Source of the DNA: a virus
Length of the DNA stretch: 64,000 bases
Reading direction: 5' to 3' (one strand)
Virus record (IMG/VR): IMGVR_UViG_3300031669_000012
Span: 3,008-67,007 of that record
Shown here: piece by piece, positions 17,805 to 28,968 of the stretch
Numbering within the stretch: the stretch's first letter is position 1
How the letters are laid out: each line of letters begins with the position of its first letter
Notes under the pieces: generated by a model
Told to the model about the DNA's origin: nothing
Databases searched by the model: none
Seen by the model: only the letters and a program-made list of their open reading frames with translations
Made by a program: the position numbers and the translations under genes

Positions 17805-18835
17805 TGTATAATTCACCTAAAGAACTTCATATCGGAATTGATCTAGTGTTGCAACATATTACAAGTAATAGGAAACAATCTATTCTTCCTGAGCTTAAAG
17901 ATATGGTTTTAAATTCATCATGTCTAGCGTATATTGATAGCATCATTGATGATCGTAGAAATAAACGAAATGAAGGCTTTGAGGCGAATCAATTAAATTA
18001 CGATGAATTAGCTCCATTAAAAAAGACTTGTTCTATTCCATTATATTATGTGGATTCTACAAAGTCTATTGGTATTCTTCCTTCTGATTATAAGAACCAT
18101 TCGAGAAGCAATGTTAGTTATTATTACAATAGGAATGGAATCATTCCTAATTTGCAACCTATCAATAAATATGTTGCAACTATAAAAGTAACTGATTTTA
18201 CTAGTGCGGATGGTCTCTTATTTTCAACTTTCAAACTATGGATTGAAAGAGATACAATTGAAACATTGTATACTATTGATACTGCTATAATTAAAGTAGT
18301 TGACAAAGATGGATTATTCATGTTGGTTAACGATGTGTTAGATAAAGTTGGTAGAAACAACTTTGAAATATATTGGGAATATTATGGAGATACATATGCG
18401 CCAACATCTTTTATAATTGTTTCAGATACAGAAATAGTTAATGGTGGTTTAAAAGATGGAGAAAACAGTGCAACGATCAATACGATAAATTATCAATTAT
18501 CAACTTTAAATAATACAAAAACTTCACCAACTGATTTAATTAAAAGTAGTGAAATAGATGAAGTATTAGGAAATACGATGTATACATTAAATAGACATCG
18601 TAAACCTTTAATAGATATTCAACAAAACAAAATCATTGTTTTTAAAAATAATAATTTCGATGTTAACTCTCTTTCTTTAACATACATTAAAAGACCAAGA
18701 TTGATAAATATTAATACTGGAGCAATGTGTGAAATAAAAGTTGGAGAAAAGATTGTAGATTTAAGTGCTCAAAAACTTAAAGCTTATATTGAAGGTAGTT
18801 ATCAGGCTATTTTAAACGAAAATAAAACTAATTAA
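17804..18835 (+). CDS. Tail ring/adaptor protein (crAss gene 74-like)
   Basis: ELHIGIDLVLQ...LPELKD...YDELAPL...LPSDY...LTYIKRPRLI; synteny. Confidence 0.7.
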   Translation: MYNSPKELHIGIDLVLQHITSNRKQSILPELKDMVLNSSCLAYIDSIIDDRRNKRNEGFEANQLNYDELAPLKKTCSIPLYYVDSTKSIGILPSDYKNHSRSNVSYYYNRNGIIPNLQPINKYVATIKVTDFTSADGLLFSTFKLWIERDTIETLYTIDTAIIKVVDKDGLFMLVNDVLDKVGRNNFEIYWEYYGDTYAPTSFIIVSDTEIVNGGLKDGENSATINTINYQLSTLNNTKTSPTDLIKSSEIDEVLGNTMYTLNRHRKPLIDIQQNKIIVFKNNNFDVNSLSLTYIKRPRLININTGAMCEIKVGEKIVDLSAQKLKAYIEGSYQAILNENKTN

Positions 18836-18836
18836 A

Positions 18837-19805
18837 ATGATTCAAAAATTTATTACTGTTGGTCTTAAAGGCTCAACTGATAGGTTCTCAAAAGGTCTTA
18901 CTGCTGGCGATGTTATCGGTGGGATTACTGATTTGGCTGATGGTGGAATTACATTTTTAGGACATGATGGAGTTCTTTTAGTTCCTGGAGTAACAGGTGC
19001 AGCAATTGCTGCTAACCTAGGTCTCGATGCAACTAAGTATGGAACTTTTATGGTAAATCATGGTGGTGATTTTCAATCAGCTAATCCAATGAATGCCGGT
19101 AAGATCAAAACTGTAAAAAAGACATATGTTGCTCCAACAAAGTTTACATATGCTTTAGGTTATAATGCTGCATCAGGTCTTACAACTAAGAACATCAATG
19201 CTCCTAGTGATTATACGAATTATGTTGGATTACCTGTATCTTTGTATACATACGATCCAATGATTGTAAATGAAAATCCACTTCATAGTCGTCATTATGA
19301 GACGTTAGTGCAAACTGGAGATTCTACTGCAACTATTCTTGCTCGTTTAGTAGCGCTTGTGAATGCTGATTCACACGCACATGGTGTTGCAACTGTTACG
19401 AATTCTACAGTTTATTATGGAATCCAATTAGTAGCAAAAGATTACGATCATCCTATCTTTGCAAAACTTGGTGATCTATATGCAGGAACTGCTTATGCAA
19501 TGGTTTCTGGAACTATGGGAACTCCTGTAAGTGATCTAGTTGCATTGGAAAATGAAGCAAAGGTAAGCAATGGTCAGAATCCTGCTCCTGCTGCAAAACT
19601 GTTTGGAGAAATTCCATCGTATATTGATACAACTTTGACGTATGTTGCATATTTCATAACATTTGTAAATAAGACTGAATCTCTAAGCACCGAATTTGAA
19701 ATTCAAAATGTTATCGCTGTTCCAACAACTTCTACAGCACTGATTGCTGATATGGATTCTATTCTTGCTGCTCTTGTCGGCTCTGCTGCTGAAACTTGGG
19801 CATAG
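18837..19805 (+). CDS. Conserved structural protein (crAss gene 73-like, possible auxiliary capsid protein)
   Basis: A/T/G-rich 322 aa with codon usage like a highly expressed gene; followed by a terminator. Confidence 0.65.
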   Translation: MIQKFITVGLKGSTDRFSKGLTAGDVIGGITDLADGGITFLGHDGVLLVPGVTGAAIAANLGLDATKYGTFMVNHGGDFQSANPMNAGKIKTVKKTYVAPTKFTYALGYNAASGLTTKNINAPSDYTNYVGLPVSLYTYDPMIVNENPLHSRHYETLVQTGDSTATILARLVALVNADSHAHGVATVTNSTVYYGIQLVAKDYDHPIFAKLGDLYAGTAYAMVSGTMGTPVSDLVALENEAKVSNGQNPAPAAKLFGEIPSYIDTTLTYVAYFITFVNKTESLSTEFEIQNVIAVPTTSTALIADMDSILAALVGSAAETWA

Positions 19806-19826
19806 TAACAAGGTGACACATTTAAT

Positions 19827-19867
19827 AAGCCCTTCTCTAATGATTTTATTTAGAGTAGGGCTTTTTT
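19827..19867 (+). terminator. Rho-independent terminator ending the capsid operon
   Basis: AAGCCCT-TCTCTAA...TTAGAG-T-AGGGCTT followed by TTTT. Confidence 0.8.
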
Positions 19868-19886
19868 ACTTAAAACAAACACTATT

Positions 19887-21722
19887 GTGAAAAATACGAT
19901 AACTCTCAAAAAGGTTTCTAAACCAATTGAATCAATTGTCGAAGCGCAATTTGATGGAACACCAATAATAACATTATATGATACTTATAGTGATAGATCC
20001 GTTAGTATAAATAATGCTGATACATGGGAGTCTGTATACTTTAGAACAAATAAATTAAGAGATACAGAAGTCAAAGCCATGTATGAAAGTGCAACAGGTA
20101 AATTGTATATCAATGCTATGGATGCAAGACAATATCTCGATCTCGATGAAGAGATAAGTGTTGTTTTAGATATTCAGGCAGGTGGATATATGACTTATCA
20201 TAATTTTCTTAAGTTTTATAATTACGATCTTGCTTTTGATTTGAAGATGCTAACTTTAGATTTAAATCATATTGCGTATGCTTCTTTTGCATATAATTAC
20301 AAACCTTATAGTAAAATAGTAAATCTATTTAAAAATAATAATTCTGTTAGTACGAATGTTAAATATCTAGTTGGAAGCAAATATTATAGTTCTTCAAACA
20401 TATCTGGAATAACTCAATTTATTTCTCCTACATTTGTAGATAATAGTTTAGTAACACTTGTTTCAGAAAATACTTTTATTAATCCTGATATTCAAATATT
20501 TGAAACTGTTGTAGATACCAGTGCCCCTATTCAAATCATATTACCAAAATATGATCCAGATGTTACATTTCAAATGAATCCTATAGATGGCAAATACGTT
20601 ATTGGTAAAAGATACTCACCAAATATAATTCTAGATTTTACAAATGTTACTAAGTTTTATATAGATGGAGTTCTTTCAAATCCAGATAGACAACTTGGAA
20701 TAAATTACGAATGTAAATCTGATACAGGCAAAGTAATAAACACTCGTGAATATATGGGCTATAATACGACAGGTATTCAGAATGTTAGTATTTATCCATT
20801 TGAAATAGATGAACCTGGTAATATAACTAATATTATTACTTTCTTCAGACTTGGAGAAATAGCTAATCTAGTATATGCTTCTAGTTTGCAATTAGGAACT
20901 TATATCAGAATGACTGTTAGATGGGAATATACTCTATTTGAAACTGTTACAATTTCTAATCAAAGTCAATTAGATGTATATAAAACAGAAGATAGTTATT
21001 TTTTACCTGTAATGGATTTAAATGTTGATCTGCAATATTATAAATATTTTCAATTGACTCCTGTAAACGTTGGAGATATTCCAACTATAAATGAATCTTT
21101 AGGAGATGAAGTTGATTCATATTTCCAAGGTGCTGCTAATTACATTATATCGTATGCGGATTTTGATGCAGGTTTTACTATCAGTGTAAATGGAGTATTG
21201 ACAACTAGAAATAAAACTAATGAAACTGGAATTCCAGCATTATCAACTGTTACAAAACTACATGTAATTACTGAAAAATATCAATCAAATATAAGTATTG
21301 TATCATATGAAAATATAACATACACTTTATATCAAATGAATGATGATAAACTTTGGGATACAGTTGAAACAAATAATATCGATACTACTGAAAAAATACT
21401 AAGTCTCCCAGATGGAATATTTAGAATAAACATTGTAGATTCTTTAGGAACATATGATTATATATTTGTAGCATATCCTACAATATTGAATGGTAATACT
21501 AAATATTTAGGAAGTTTGTTACAATCATATCCTAGCAATAATCCTCATGCTTCGTTTTATGACTTCAATGTATTTATAACTTTGAAAGATACATTGTATA
21601 GAAAACTTAATTACATGTATTCTTTTGATTATACATATCAAGATTTATACGATGCTTTGATTAGTGAACTATATGTATTGAAAGATTTAATTGATAATCT
21701 TAAGAAATATGTTCCAGCATAA
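19887..21722 (+). CDS. Hypothetical structural protein (611 aa, GTG start), tail-hub/fibre block
   Basis: Long beta-rich ORF after the terminator. Confidence 0.7.
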   Translation: MKNTITLKKVSKPIESIVEAQFDGTPIITLYDTYSDRSVSINNADTWESVYFRTNKLRDTEVKAMYESATGKLYINAMDARQYLDLDEEISVVLDIQAGGYMTYHNFLKFYNYDLAFDLKMLTLDLNHIAYASFAYNYKPYSKIVNLFKNNNSVSTNVKYLVGSKYYSSSNISGITQFISPTFVDNSLVTLVSENTFINPDIQIFETVVDTSAPIQIILPKYDPDVTFQMNPIDGKYVIGKRYSPNIILDFTNVTKFYIDGVLSNPDRQLGINYECKSDTGKVINTREYMGYNTTGIQNVSIYPFEIDEPGNITNIITFFRLGEIANLVYASSLQLGTYIRMTVRWEYTLFETVTISNQSQLDVYKTEDSYFLPVMDLNVDLQYYKYFQLTPVNVGDIPTINESLGDEVDSYFQGAANYIISYADFDAGFTISVNGVLTTRNKTNETGIPALSTVTKLHVITEKYQSNISIVSYENITYTLYQMNDDKLWDTVETNNIDTTEKILSLPDGIFRINIVDSLGTYDYIFVAYPTILNGNTKYLGSLLQSYPSNNPHASFYDFNVFITLKDTLYRKLNYMYSFDYTYQDLYDALISELYVLKDLIDNLKKYVPA

Positions 21723-22443
21723 TATAAATAGTCGAGATGAGAAGATAATAAAGTTTTTAGATTTAACTAAAACTTATTATAATAATTTAATTAATCAACA
21801 ATTAGATGAGGATGCAGAATTTAATCTAAGTAATGCTTATAAAAATATCATATTTTTAAATACAATCCTAGAATTACTCGATAATCTCTTCTATAATGAA
21901 AGCAAATTCCTAAAATGGAGTGAAATAAAGGTTAGGTATAGTTTCGATAAGATACGCTCTAAATTGGCATACTATGGCTACGATTTTGATACTTTCCTAT
22001 CCATATATTTAAAGAAGTATAAATTGGAAAATGAGATAGATAGTCCAATAGGTCAAATGTCTATTTCTGATATAATTGAAGTTAAACATGAAATATTAAC
22101 AGTTACAATACCTACAATTCCTTCTACTATGTTACAACTTATATATGGGTTAAGTTCTACGTTAGGTTCACTTACATCTGATGAATATAACAACGGAACG
22201 GTTGTTAATATATCTGACACATATGGTTATATGCAATTAACTATATCGAACATTGTAAATAAGATTCCATATTTTTTAGTTCCAGTTGGTCATACTATAA
22301 ACAGTATTAAAGACGGAGAAGATGAAACTGCAACAGATTATAGAAAATCTACTATAACTTTAAATGGTAGTAATTATTATTTATATCAATTGAGTGGTAT
22401 AACTTCAATAGATGTTTTTAAACGTAGTTTAGCAATAACATAA
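21691..22443 (+). CDS. Putative tail/fibre adaptor protein
   Basis: C-terminal beta domain resembling the C-terminus of the next gene. Confidence 0.6.
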   Translation: MIILRNMFQHNINSRDEKIIKFLDLTKTYYNNLINQQLDEDAEFNLSNAYKNIIFLNTILELLDNLFYNESKFLKWSEIKVRYSFDKIRSKLAYYGYDFDTFLSIYLKKYKLENEIDSPIGQMSISDIIEVKHEILTVTIPTIPSTMLQLIYGLSSTLGSLTSDEYNNGTVVNISDTYGYMQLTISNIVNKIPYFLVPVGHTINSIKDGEDETATDYRKSTITLNGSNYYLYQLSGITSIDVFKRSLAIT

Positions 22444-24779
22444 TGAGTATAGATAAAACTTCTTCTTATTTTTTACGACGTCAAGAACCTTTAGATAAAA
22501 AGGCATGGCTTGATATACAAGGAATGAATTCTTTAGTTCTTAGTGATAGATATCCTTGGATGTTAGTTGTTGAAAAAACAAGTGGACAATTATATCAATT
22601 ACAACCTGTAGCAATACCTTCTACAGCAGATCTTGTAAATGATTGGACATTTAAACCTTTTTCAACTGGTGGCGGAACATCTAATTATCAAAACGTAATA
22701 TGGACAAATGGAATTCCATATCAAATAGGATATGTTGTATTTTTTGGTGAAAAGATTTATATAAGTAAAACAATAAATATTGATAAAGCTCCTGTAGTAA
22801 ATGGAATATTAGATACTGTCAATTGGTATGAATCTGGAATTAGTTTGTATTCTCATCCTAAGAATCAAGATTTGAGATTAGGAAGAAGTTGGAATTTTAT
22901 ATCTGCTGTTGGTTATACTCCTGCAGGCAATAGTATGCAAGGATTAGATATTAGAAATTATTATAAAACTGTAAATACTTGTCAATTATCGATAAAAGAT
23001 AGTGCTTCATTTGGTAGTTTAGTGATTGACAATTCAAATGGAATAAATTTAGAAGATATAACCGTAAATGATTTTTTAATTGTTTTCAATTTTTATAATG
23101 GAGTAGATGTTAATACTCCACCTGCAACAACTAAAACAATAACATTTAAAGATACACTAAATGTTTCTAATACAGATATTTTTCCAATGTTTCTTGGTGG
23201 AAAGGATATCACATTTAGTTCTGATGATGGTGCATTTGGTCAATTTATACACTTCAAATTAGATATTTATAATAGAATCTATCTTTATAATAGTTCTAAA
23301 AAAGATATTACTGCAACAGTTATTTCTTCAGATTTGAAACCTGTATTGGCAATACTTCCGGATTTATCTAATTTTCCAACAAATGAAATAGGAGACAGAT
23401 ATATTGTGGCAAATAGTATATATGAGAAATATCCAAATTCTTCAACATATACTAAAGTATTAGATGCTAGTTTACTAGAATTAGGACAAGCAGTAGTTGT
23501 TCAAACTAATCCTGCAAGTTGGTATATTTGGAATGGAAGTTCGTGGAATAAGGATGCTGCATATGATCCAAGTAAAATTGATAATATTGTAGATTATTTT
23601 AATGGTAACAATCATACATATAAGAGATTTACTGAAGAACTTGTTGCAGATCCTACAGGTGAAAGTTCTGAAAAGATAATTGTTCCAACTTACATTTCAG
23701 ATGGTATTACAAAACATTTGACAGATATTAAAACTTATTATTCGGATTGTGCTATCGATTCTCCAAATACAAATCAAGACGGAGATAAAGTTACAATATA
23801 TAAAGTGTTAAGATATGATAATATTGAATTAGTAAATAATGAAAATTATAGAATGGTTACAGCTTTTGTTCCATCTGATAAAAAAGTTTATATGATGATA
23901 TATGACATAACTAATTCAAATAAATATTTAGATTGGACACAAATATATCCTATGTCTGTAAATTCAATTGCAGAATTTAATCTAGGAGATTTTATAAATA
24001 AAAATAATTTTATATTAAGTATTGATGAAACATCAAATAAAATTATTGCAAAAGATTTTTCATATACAGACATTGTTCCTTTAGAAGATGATTTTCAAGG
24101 AATGAGTAAAAATCAAACATTCAATAAGATTCCAATTTCAACTATGATACACGATATAATACATAAATATTATAAGCCTGTTGCAACATTTTTATGTGGG
24201 ATACCTACATATAATGAACTAGGAAGTCAATTTCCAACTGAAACATTGTTTACATGGATATATCAAAATTCTCAAAACATATTGATAGATGCAGTTTCAG
24301 GAATGCATATAGAAATTTTAGATTCTACTAATGGTGGAGCAATATTATTCACTACTGATAATGCAAATAGTTCTGAATTAGTTGCACTTCAAAATCTTAC
24401 AATTCCTCAAGTTCAAGTATTTAGACTGCAATGTTATGATATAAAAGGAAATCTTATAACTAAAGATATAACTATATATGGTGTTAATCCTATATACTAT
24501 GGAGCCAGTAATCTTGAATCATTGGCAGATACAGATATACTACTTATGATTAAGACATTGATAAATAATTGGAAAACTACTTATCCTATTGCAGATAGTG
24601 GGTATAAATATATAAATATTCCTGTTTCAACTGGAACGCCTGTTGCATTTAAAGATGCTGATACAGGATTTGCAATAGATATGCAAAGTTCAATAGTTAT
24701 AACAGTAAATGGAATAGATTATAATTCATATAGATCGACTAACATATTACATTCTTCAGTTAACATAATTGTATCATAA
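22443..24779 (+). CDS. Putative tail fibre protein (778 aa)
   Basis: N-terminal EPLD-type domain, WTNGIPYQIG module, beta-rich body. Confidence 0.65.
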   Translation: MSIDKTSSYFLRRQEPLDKKAWLDIQGMNSLVLSDRYPWMLVVEKTSGQLYQLQPVAIPSTADLVNDWTFKPFSTGGGTSNYQNVIWTNGIPYQIGYVVFFGEKIYISKTINIDKAPVVNGILDTVNWYESGISLYSHPKNQDLRLGRSWNFISAVGYTPAGNSMQGLDIRNYYKTVNTCQLSIKDSASFGSLVIDNSNGINLEDITVNDFLIVFNFYNGVDVNTPPATTKTITFKDTLNVSNTDIFPMFLGGKDITFSSDDGAFGQFIHFKLDIYNRIYLYNSSKKDITATVISSDLKPVLAILPDLSNFPTNEIGDRYIVANSIYEKYPNSSTYTKVLDASLLELGQAVVVQTNPASWYIWNGSSWNKDAAYDPSKIDNIVDYFNGNNHTYKRFTEELVADPTGESSEKIIVPTYISDGITKHLTDIKTYYSDCAIDSPNTNQDGDKVTIYKVLRYDNIELVNNENYRMVTAFVPSDKKVYMMIYDITNSNKYLDWTQIYPMSVNSIAEFNLGDFINKNNFILSIDETSNKIIAKDFSYTDIVPLEDDFQGMSKNQTFNKIPISTMIHDIIHKYYKPVATFLCGIPTYNELGSQFPTETLFTWIYQNSQNILIDAVSGMHIEILDSTNGGAILFTTDNANSSELVALQNLTIPQVQVFRLQCYDIKGNLITKDITIYGVNPIYYGASNLESLADTDILLMIKTLINNWKTTYPIADSGYKYINIPVSTGTPVAFKDADTGFAIDMQSSIVITVNGIDYNSYRSTNILHSSVNIIVS

Positions 24780-26410
24780 TGAGCACAGCACAATCAAGTA
24801 GTGGAGTTGGAGTAACTGGAACAATCGTTAGAAAAGATCCTAATGATACGTATCCTACTCATAAAGCCTCTTTAGGAAAAGGAGGATATTTTGAAGTTGA
24901 TGATATTGCTGCAAGAGACAATATACCAAGTGAACAAAGAACTTTAGGAATGCACGTATATTGTGTTGCAGAAAATGAAACATATATACTTAAAATAGCA
25001 TTAGATAATGCAAGTTGGGTATTAGATCAAAGTGCTGGAGTTACAGATCACTATGCTCTAACACATATTGGAGTAAATACTCACGATCAAATAGATGAAT
25101 TTATTTCAAGTAAAGGAAATGCAAATGGATTAGTTCCTTTAGGAGCTGACACAAAAATACCAACACAATATATTCCTGCTTTAGCAATATTAGATGTTGT
25201 ATATGCTGCAAGTGAAGCTGAAATGTTAGCAGCGTCTGTTCAAAAAGGAGATTTGTGCATAAGAAATGATGAAGCAAAAACATATATTTTAAAAACAGAC
25301 GATCCTACACAACTTATAAATTGGGCACTTTTATTATTTCCTGGTAGTGTTGTTTCAGTAAATGGAAAAACAGGAGTTGTAGCATTAAGTTTAACAGATC
25401 TGATTGATGCTTCAATAGTAAGTCCTGTAAATAGAAATTGCATAGTATATAATTCTACAACAGGATTATTTGAAAATAGAATGGTTACAATGGACGATAT
25501 TACAGATTTAGTTACAACTTTATCTGCTAAAGCTCCAAGTATTCATACACACACTGTTTCTCAAATAACTGATTATATTACCGATATTACAAGTAGATTA
25601 CTTGCTTATGCTCCAATTTCTCATACTCAAGCAATATCTACAATAACTGATTTACAAAATCAATTAAATACTATAAATACAAATCTTGCAGGCAAAGCCC
25701 CAATAGTTCATACACATGTTATTGCAAATGTAACAGGATTACAAACTGCATTAGATGGAGTAACTAAAGGACTGGGTATAGCAACTGCTGCAAATATTTC
25801 TTCTATAACTACTTCAATGGTAAGACTTGGAACAATATTATACATTGAAGATGAAACTAAGTATTATAAATGTTTAGACAATGCTACTCCAAATGTGATT
25901 ACTGCTTGGCAACAAATTGATGGAACATCTTTTGATAGTTTTGAATTATTTACTACAGATACACCAACTATACAAGGACAACATAGAGATAGATTGTTTG
26001 AATTAGATATTCTTACAAATTTGGCTACTAGAAGTATTCCAATCACTTTAAAATTTCCAATTAATATTTTAACAAATGGGGATGTAATATTAATACCTAT
26101 TTCTCAAACTCCTATGAAATTTATGATTACAGATATATATTATGTGTATACAACTATTTCAGGAGTTACTGTCACTAACCCAGCATATATAAAAATCGGC
26201 AATAATGCTTCAAAAGATAATATATTAGGATCTACAAATTTACATGTAGATAATATAGCAAATTCTTTAGCATTGTTTACTAAACTAATCCCTTCTACAA
26301 ATTATATAATCGATTTGACTTCTGCAAATGTTGTTATGAATATAACTCCTCCTGTAAGTGGTTGGACTATTGGAGCAATTGAGTTATTTTTACAAGGAAT
26401 AATTTTATAA
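24779..26410 (+). CDS. Tail fibre protein with HxH fibre repeats
   Basis: APSIHTHTVSQITD, APISHTQAISTITDL, APIVHTHVIANVTGLQTALD; VPLGADTKIP; VVSVNGKTGVV. Confidence 0.8.
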   Translation: MSTAQSSSGVGVTGTIVRKDPNDTYPTHKASLGKGGYFEVDDIAARDNIPSEQRTLGMHVYCVAENETYILKIALDNASWVLDQSAGVTDHYALTHIGVNTHDQIDEFISSKGNANGLVPLGADTKIPTQYIPALAILDVVYAASEAEMLAASVQKGDLCIRNDEAKTYILKTDDPTQLINWALLLFPGSVVSVNGKTGVVALSLTDLIDASIVSPVNRNCIVYNSTTGLFENRMVTMDDITDLVTTLSAKAPSIHTHTVSQITDYITDITSRLLAYAPISHTQAISTITDLQNQLNTINTNLAGKAPIVHTHVIANVTGLQTALDGVTKGLGIATAANISSITTSMVRLGTILYIEDETKYYKCLDNATPNVITAWQQIDGTSFDSFELFTTDTPTIQGQHRDRLFELDILTNLATRSIPITLKFPINILTNGDVILIPISQTPMKFMITDIYYVYTTISGVTVTNPAYIKIGNNASKDNILGSTNLHVDNIANSLALFTKLIPSTNYIIDLTSANVVMNITPPVSGWTIGAIELFLQGIIL

Positions 26411-26412
26411 CC

Positions 26413-28062
26413 ATGATAAAATCAAATAATAAAATAGTAAAATCGAATGATAAGATTATAATAGCAACATCTAAAAAGATTTTTACATTTTTTAATAGAG
26501 ACACTACGACATATGTAAAATTTGTAATAGGAACTATTGTAAATATGACTATTTATTTAGATAATGTTGCTTATAATTGTATTGGAGGTGTTAACACAGT
26601 AGTAAATATATCTTTACCTAGTATTAAAAATTACGATGTTATTGTAAATGACAATGATTTAGAAAACATACGATATTTATATATAGGAAGTTCATCTTAT
26701 GCTAAAGTGATAGGAATTATTCCAAATAGATTTAATAAATTGATAAATTTAGATACATTGCTGATATTTAATAATATGGATATTATAAAACAACAACTGA
26801 ATGTTGGACTTAATTTAACATATGTATATTTATATAGAGGGAAAAAAGTTTTTACTACATCTATGTTGAACTCACTTACAAAATTAACTTCTGCACAATT
26901 AGATCAATATGCGCAAGATGAAGATTTTACAACATTTTTTCAAAATAATACAAATCTTCAAGCCTTAAATATTAGTCCAGCATCAGGAACAAATCTTGTA
27001 GGAAATGCATCTGAAATATCTGCAACAGTAAGTTCGATATCATTAGGTGGGAATTTTACAGGTGATATTTTAAAACTAATTGAAAATCCTATATTAGCAA
27101 ATGTAAATTTAACATATGCTCCTTTAGTATTTACAGATTTTACAAATCTTCAAAGTTATAATTTATCTCTGTTTCAAACATCTTACAACTCAAAAGCTGA
27201 TATTGAAACTGTATTAACTCATTTTGGAAATACTGCTTCAGGATATATTTATATAAGAGGAACTATTACTGGCAATATCTCAAATTTAATAGATTATAGA
27301 TCACCAAATTATAATTCAACAGTATATTCTAAAATAGTTGGAAATAAATTTAGTAATATATATTTAGTTGCATCAGATGGAATATTTTCAGGAGATGCTG
27401 AACAATTTATAAATTTAATATCAGATTATTTAGGATATTATACATATATGTGTTTTGGAAATTATTTATATAATCATACGTTGAATATAAATTTTGATAG
27501 TCTTTCAAATAATGGTTGGACAAATTTAGAAAAATCTATATACATATACTTTATTGGAATGACTGTAAATGGAGATATGTATAATTTTGCAAATGATGTA
27601 AACTCTTCAACAAGAGGTGGCACAAGAACTCAATATTTTATGTTAAATTCTTCTATTTGCAATATTTCTAATTTAAAATATATTGCATATTATTCTAACA
27701 TTGTGAACATAAATGTGACATATAATACAGGAATTTCTCAAATAGAATTAGATTCATTGATAAATGAAATATATCTGAATAGAACTAGTTACATTAATAC
27801 TTCTGTTAAAATATTAAATATTGGAGGAAATGATGCAAGCATATCTGGAATATATTCTTCTCCATTTGATCTCGGAGGATATACAGGAGATATAAATGAT
27901 TTAACTGAAACACAACTCAATTATTTAAATCAAGGTTTAGGATATGATGGAAATAGTAGTAATACAATTTGGACACCTAAAGAAAAATTATGGATTCTTA
28001 TAAATTTAAAAATATCTTCTACAAATTCTACTCCTAGATATCGATGGAGTGCAACTTATTAA
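26413..28062 (+). CDS. Leucine-rich-repeat-like putative receptor-binding protein
   Basis: LxxLxxLxxL segments and recurring G[DN]xxxL motifs (GNASEI, GDILKL, GNISNL, GDAEQF, GDMYNF). Confidence 0.55.
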   Translation: MIKSNNKIVKSNDKIIIATSKKIFTFFNRDTTTYVKFVIGTIVNMTIYLDNVAYNCIGGVNTVVNISLPSIKNYDVIVNDNDLENIRYLYIGSSSYAKVIGIIPNRFNKLINLDTLLIFNNMDIIKQQLNVGLNLTYVYLYRGKKVFTTSMLNSLTKLTSAQLDQYAQDEDFTTFFQNNTNLQALNISPASGTNLVGNASEISATVSSISLGGNFTGDILKLIENPILANVNLTYAPLVFTDFTNLQSYNLSLFQTSYNSKADIETVLTHFGNTASGYIYIRGTITGNISNLIDYRSPNYNSTVYSKIVGNKFSNIYLVASDGIFSGDAEQFINLISDYLGYYTYMCFGNYLYNHTLNINFDSLSNNGWTNLEKSIYIYFIGMTVNGDMYNFANDVNSSTRGGTRTQYFMLNSSICNISNLKYIAYYSNIVNINVTYNTGISQIELDSLINEIYLNRTSYINTSVKILNIGGNDASISGIYSSPFDLGGYTGDINDLTETQLNYLNQGLGYDGNSSNTIWTPKEKLWILINLKISSTNSTPRYRWSATY

Positions 28063-28064
28063 TC

Positions 28065-28295
28065 ATGGAACAATGTGGATTTTTAATTGAAAATGGAATA
28101 CTGATCAACGTATTTGAAAGATATTACATTGATGGAATACAACAATATGAAATAGGTCACTCTGATGATTTATCTTTAATTACAGCATCTAAAGTTTCTT
28201 TTAGAATTATAAGTAAAAGAGATAACATAGATATTTCTAAATTTGATAACGATTTTAATTTAAAATTGGATGAAGGACTTAACACTACTTACTGA
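28065..28295 (+). CDS. Small hypothetical protein (start probably 28065)
   Basis: ATG 2 nt after the upstream stop. Confidence 0.55.
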   Translation: MEQCGFLIENGILINVFERYYIDGIQQYEIGHSDDLSLITASKVSFRIISKRDNIDISKFDNDFNLKLDEGLNTTY

Positions 28296-28965
28296 TTCAT
28301 TAGAACCTTGGATGGTATTTGTAATAGCAATGATGCTAGTATTAATACCAATCTTGACAGAGGTTATACGACAAGTTCGACAATCTAGAAAAGATAAAAC
28401 TATAAATACTTTTACAAGTAATTTGTATAATTCACAAAATAATATATTTGCACAATTGCATAGAGTTGCAACTATAATAGAATCTAGTAATAAGGATACT
28501 TCTCATAGAATGACTGAATTAATTGATATTCTTTATGAAAAGTTTGCAAATAATATTACGCAAGTTGTAGCAATGGATATAATAGACTTAGTTTACAGTA
28601 GAACTAAATTATCAATATTAGATACAATTGGAGAAGCAATTTGTTTAGAAGATAATTATTCAGAAGAAAGATTCATGATAAATAGAGTTGAAACTACTAT
28701 AAGAACTCACGTAACAAATAGATACTTTCAAGATGCAAGATTTTTAAACAAACTTACATGTAGAGGAATTAAATTAGATTTTCATTTAAGTAAGAAAATG
28801 GATATGGAAGATTTTTCTAATAAATTATTGAACCTAATATCCATTTCTGCTAGTGAATCTTCTGATATATTGTATAGAGAAGTTAGAACTTTTATAAATA
28901 ACTATTTTACAACACAAATTAGTAAGGCTAAAACAGAACTAGACCTGCTAACAAAAGACTCTTAA
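28270..28965 (+). CDS. Single-TM membrane protein (holin/antiholin candidate)
   Basis: N-terminal TM WMVFVIAMMLVLIPIL followed by a soluble helical domain. Confidence 0.55.
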   Translation: MKDLTLLTDSLEPWMVFVIAMMLVLIPILTEVIRQVRQSRKDKTINTFTSNLYNSQNNIFAQLHRVATIIESSNKDTSHRMTELIDILYEKFANNITQVVAMDIIDLVYSRTKLSILDTIGEAICLEDNYSEERFMINRVETTIRTHVTNRYFQDARFLNKLTCRGIKLDFHLSKKMDMEDFSNKLLNLISISASESSDILYREVRTFINNYFTTQISKAKTELDLLTKDS

Positions 28966-28968
28966 AAA

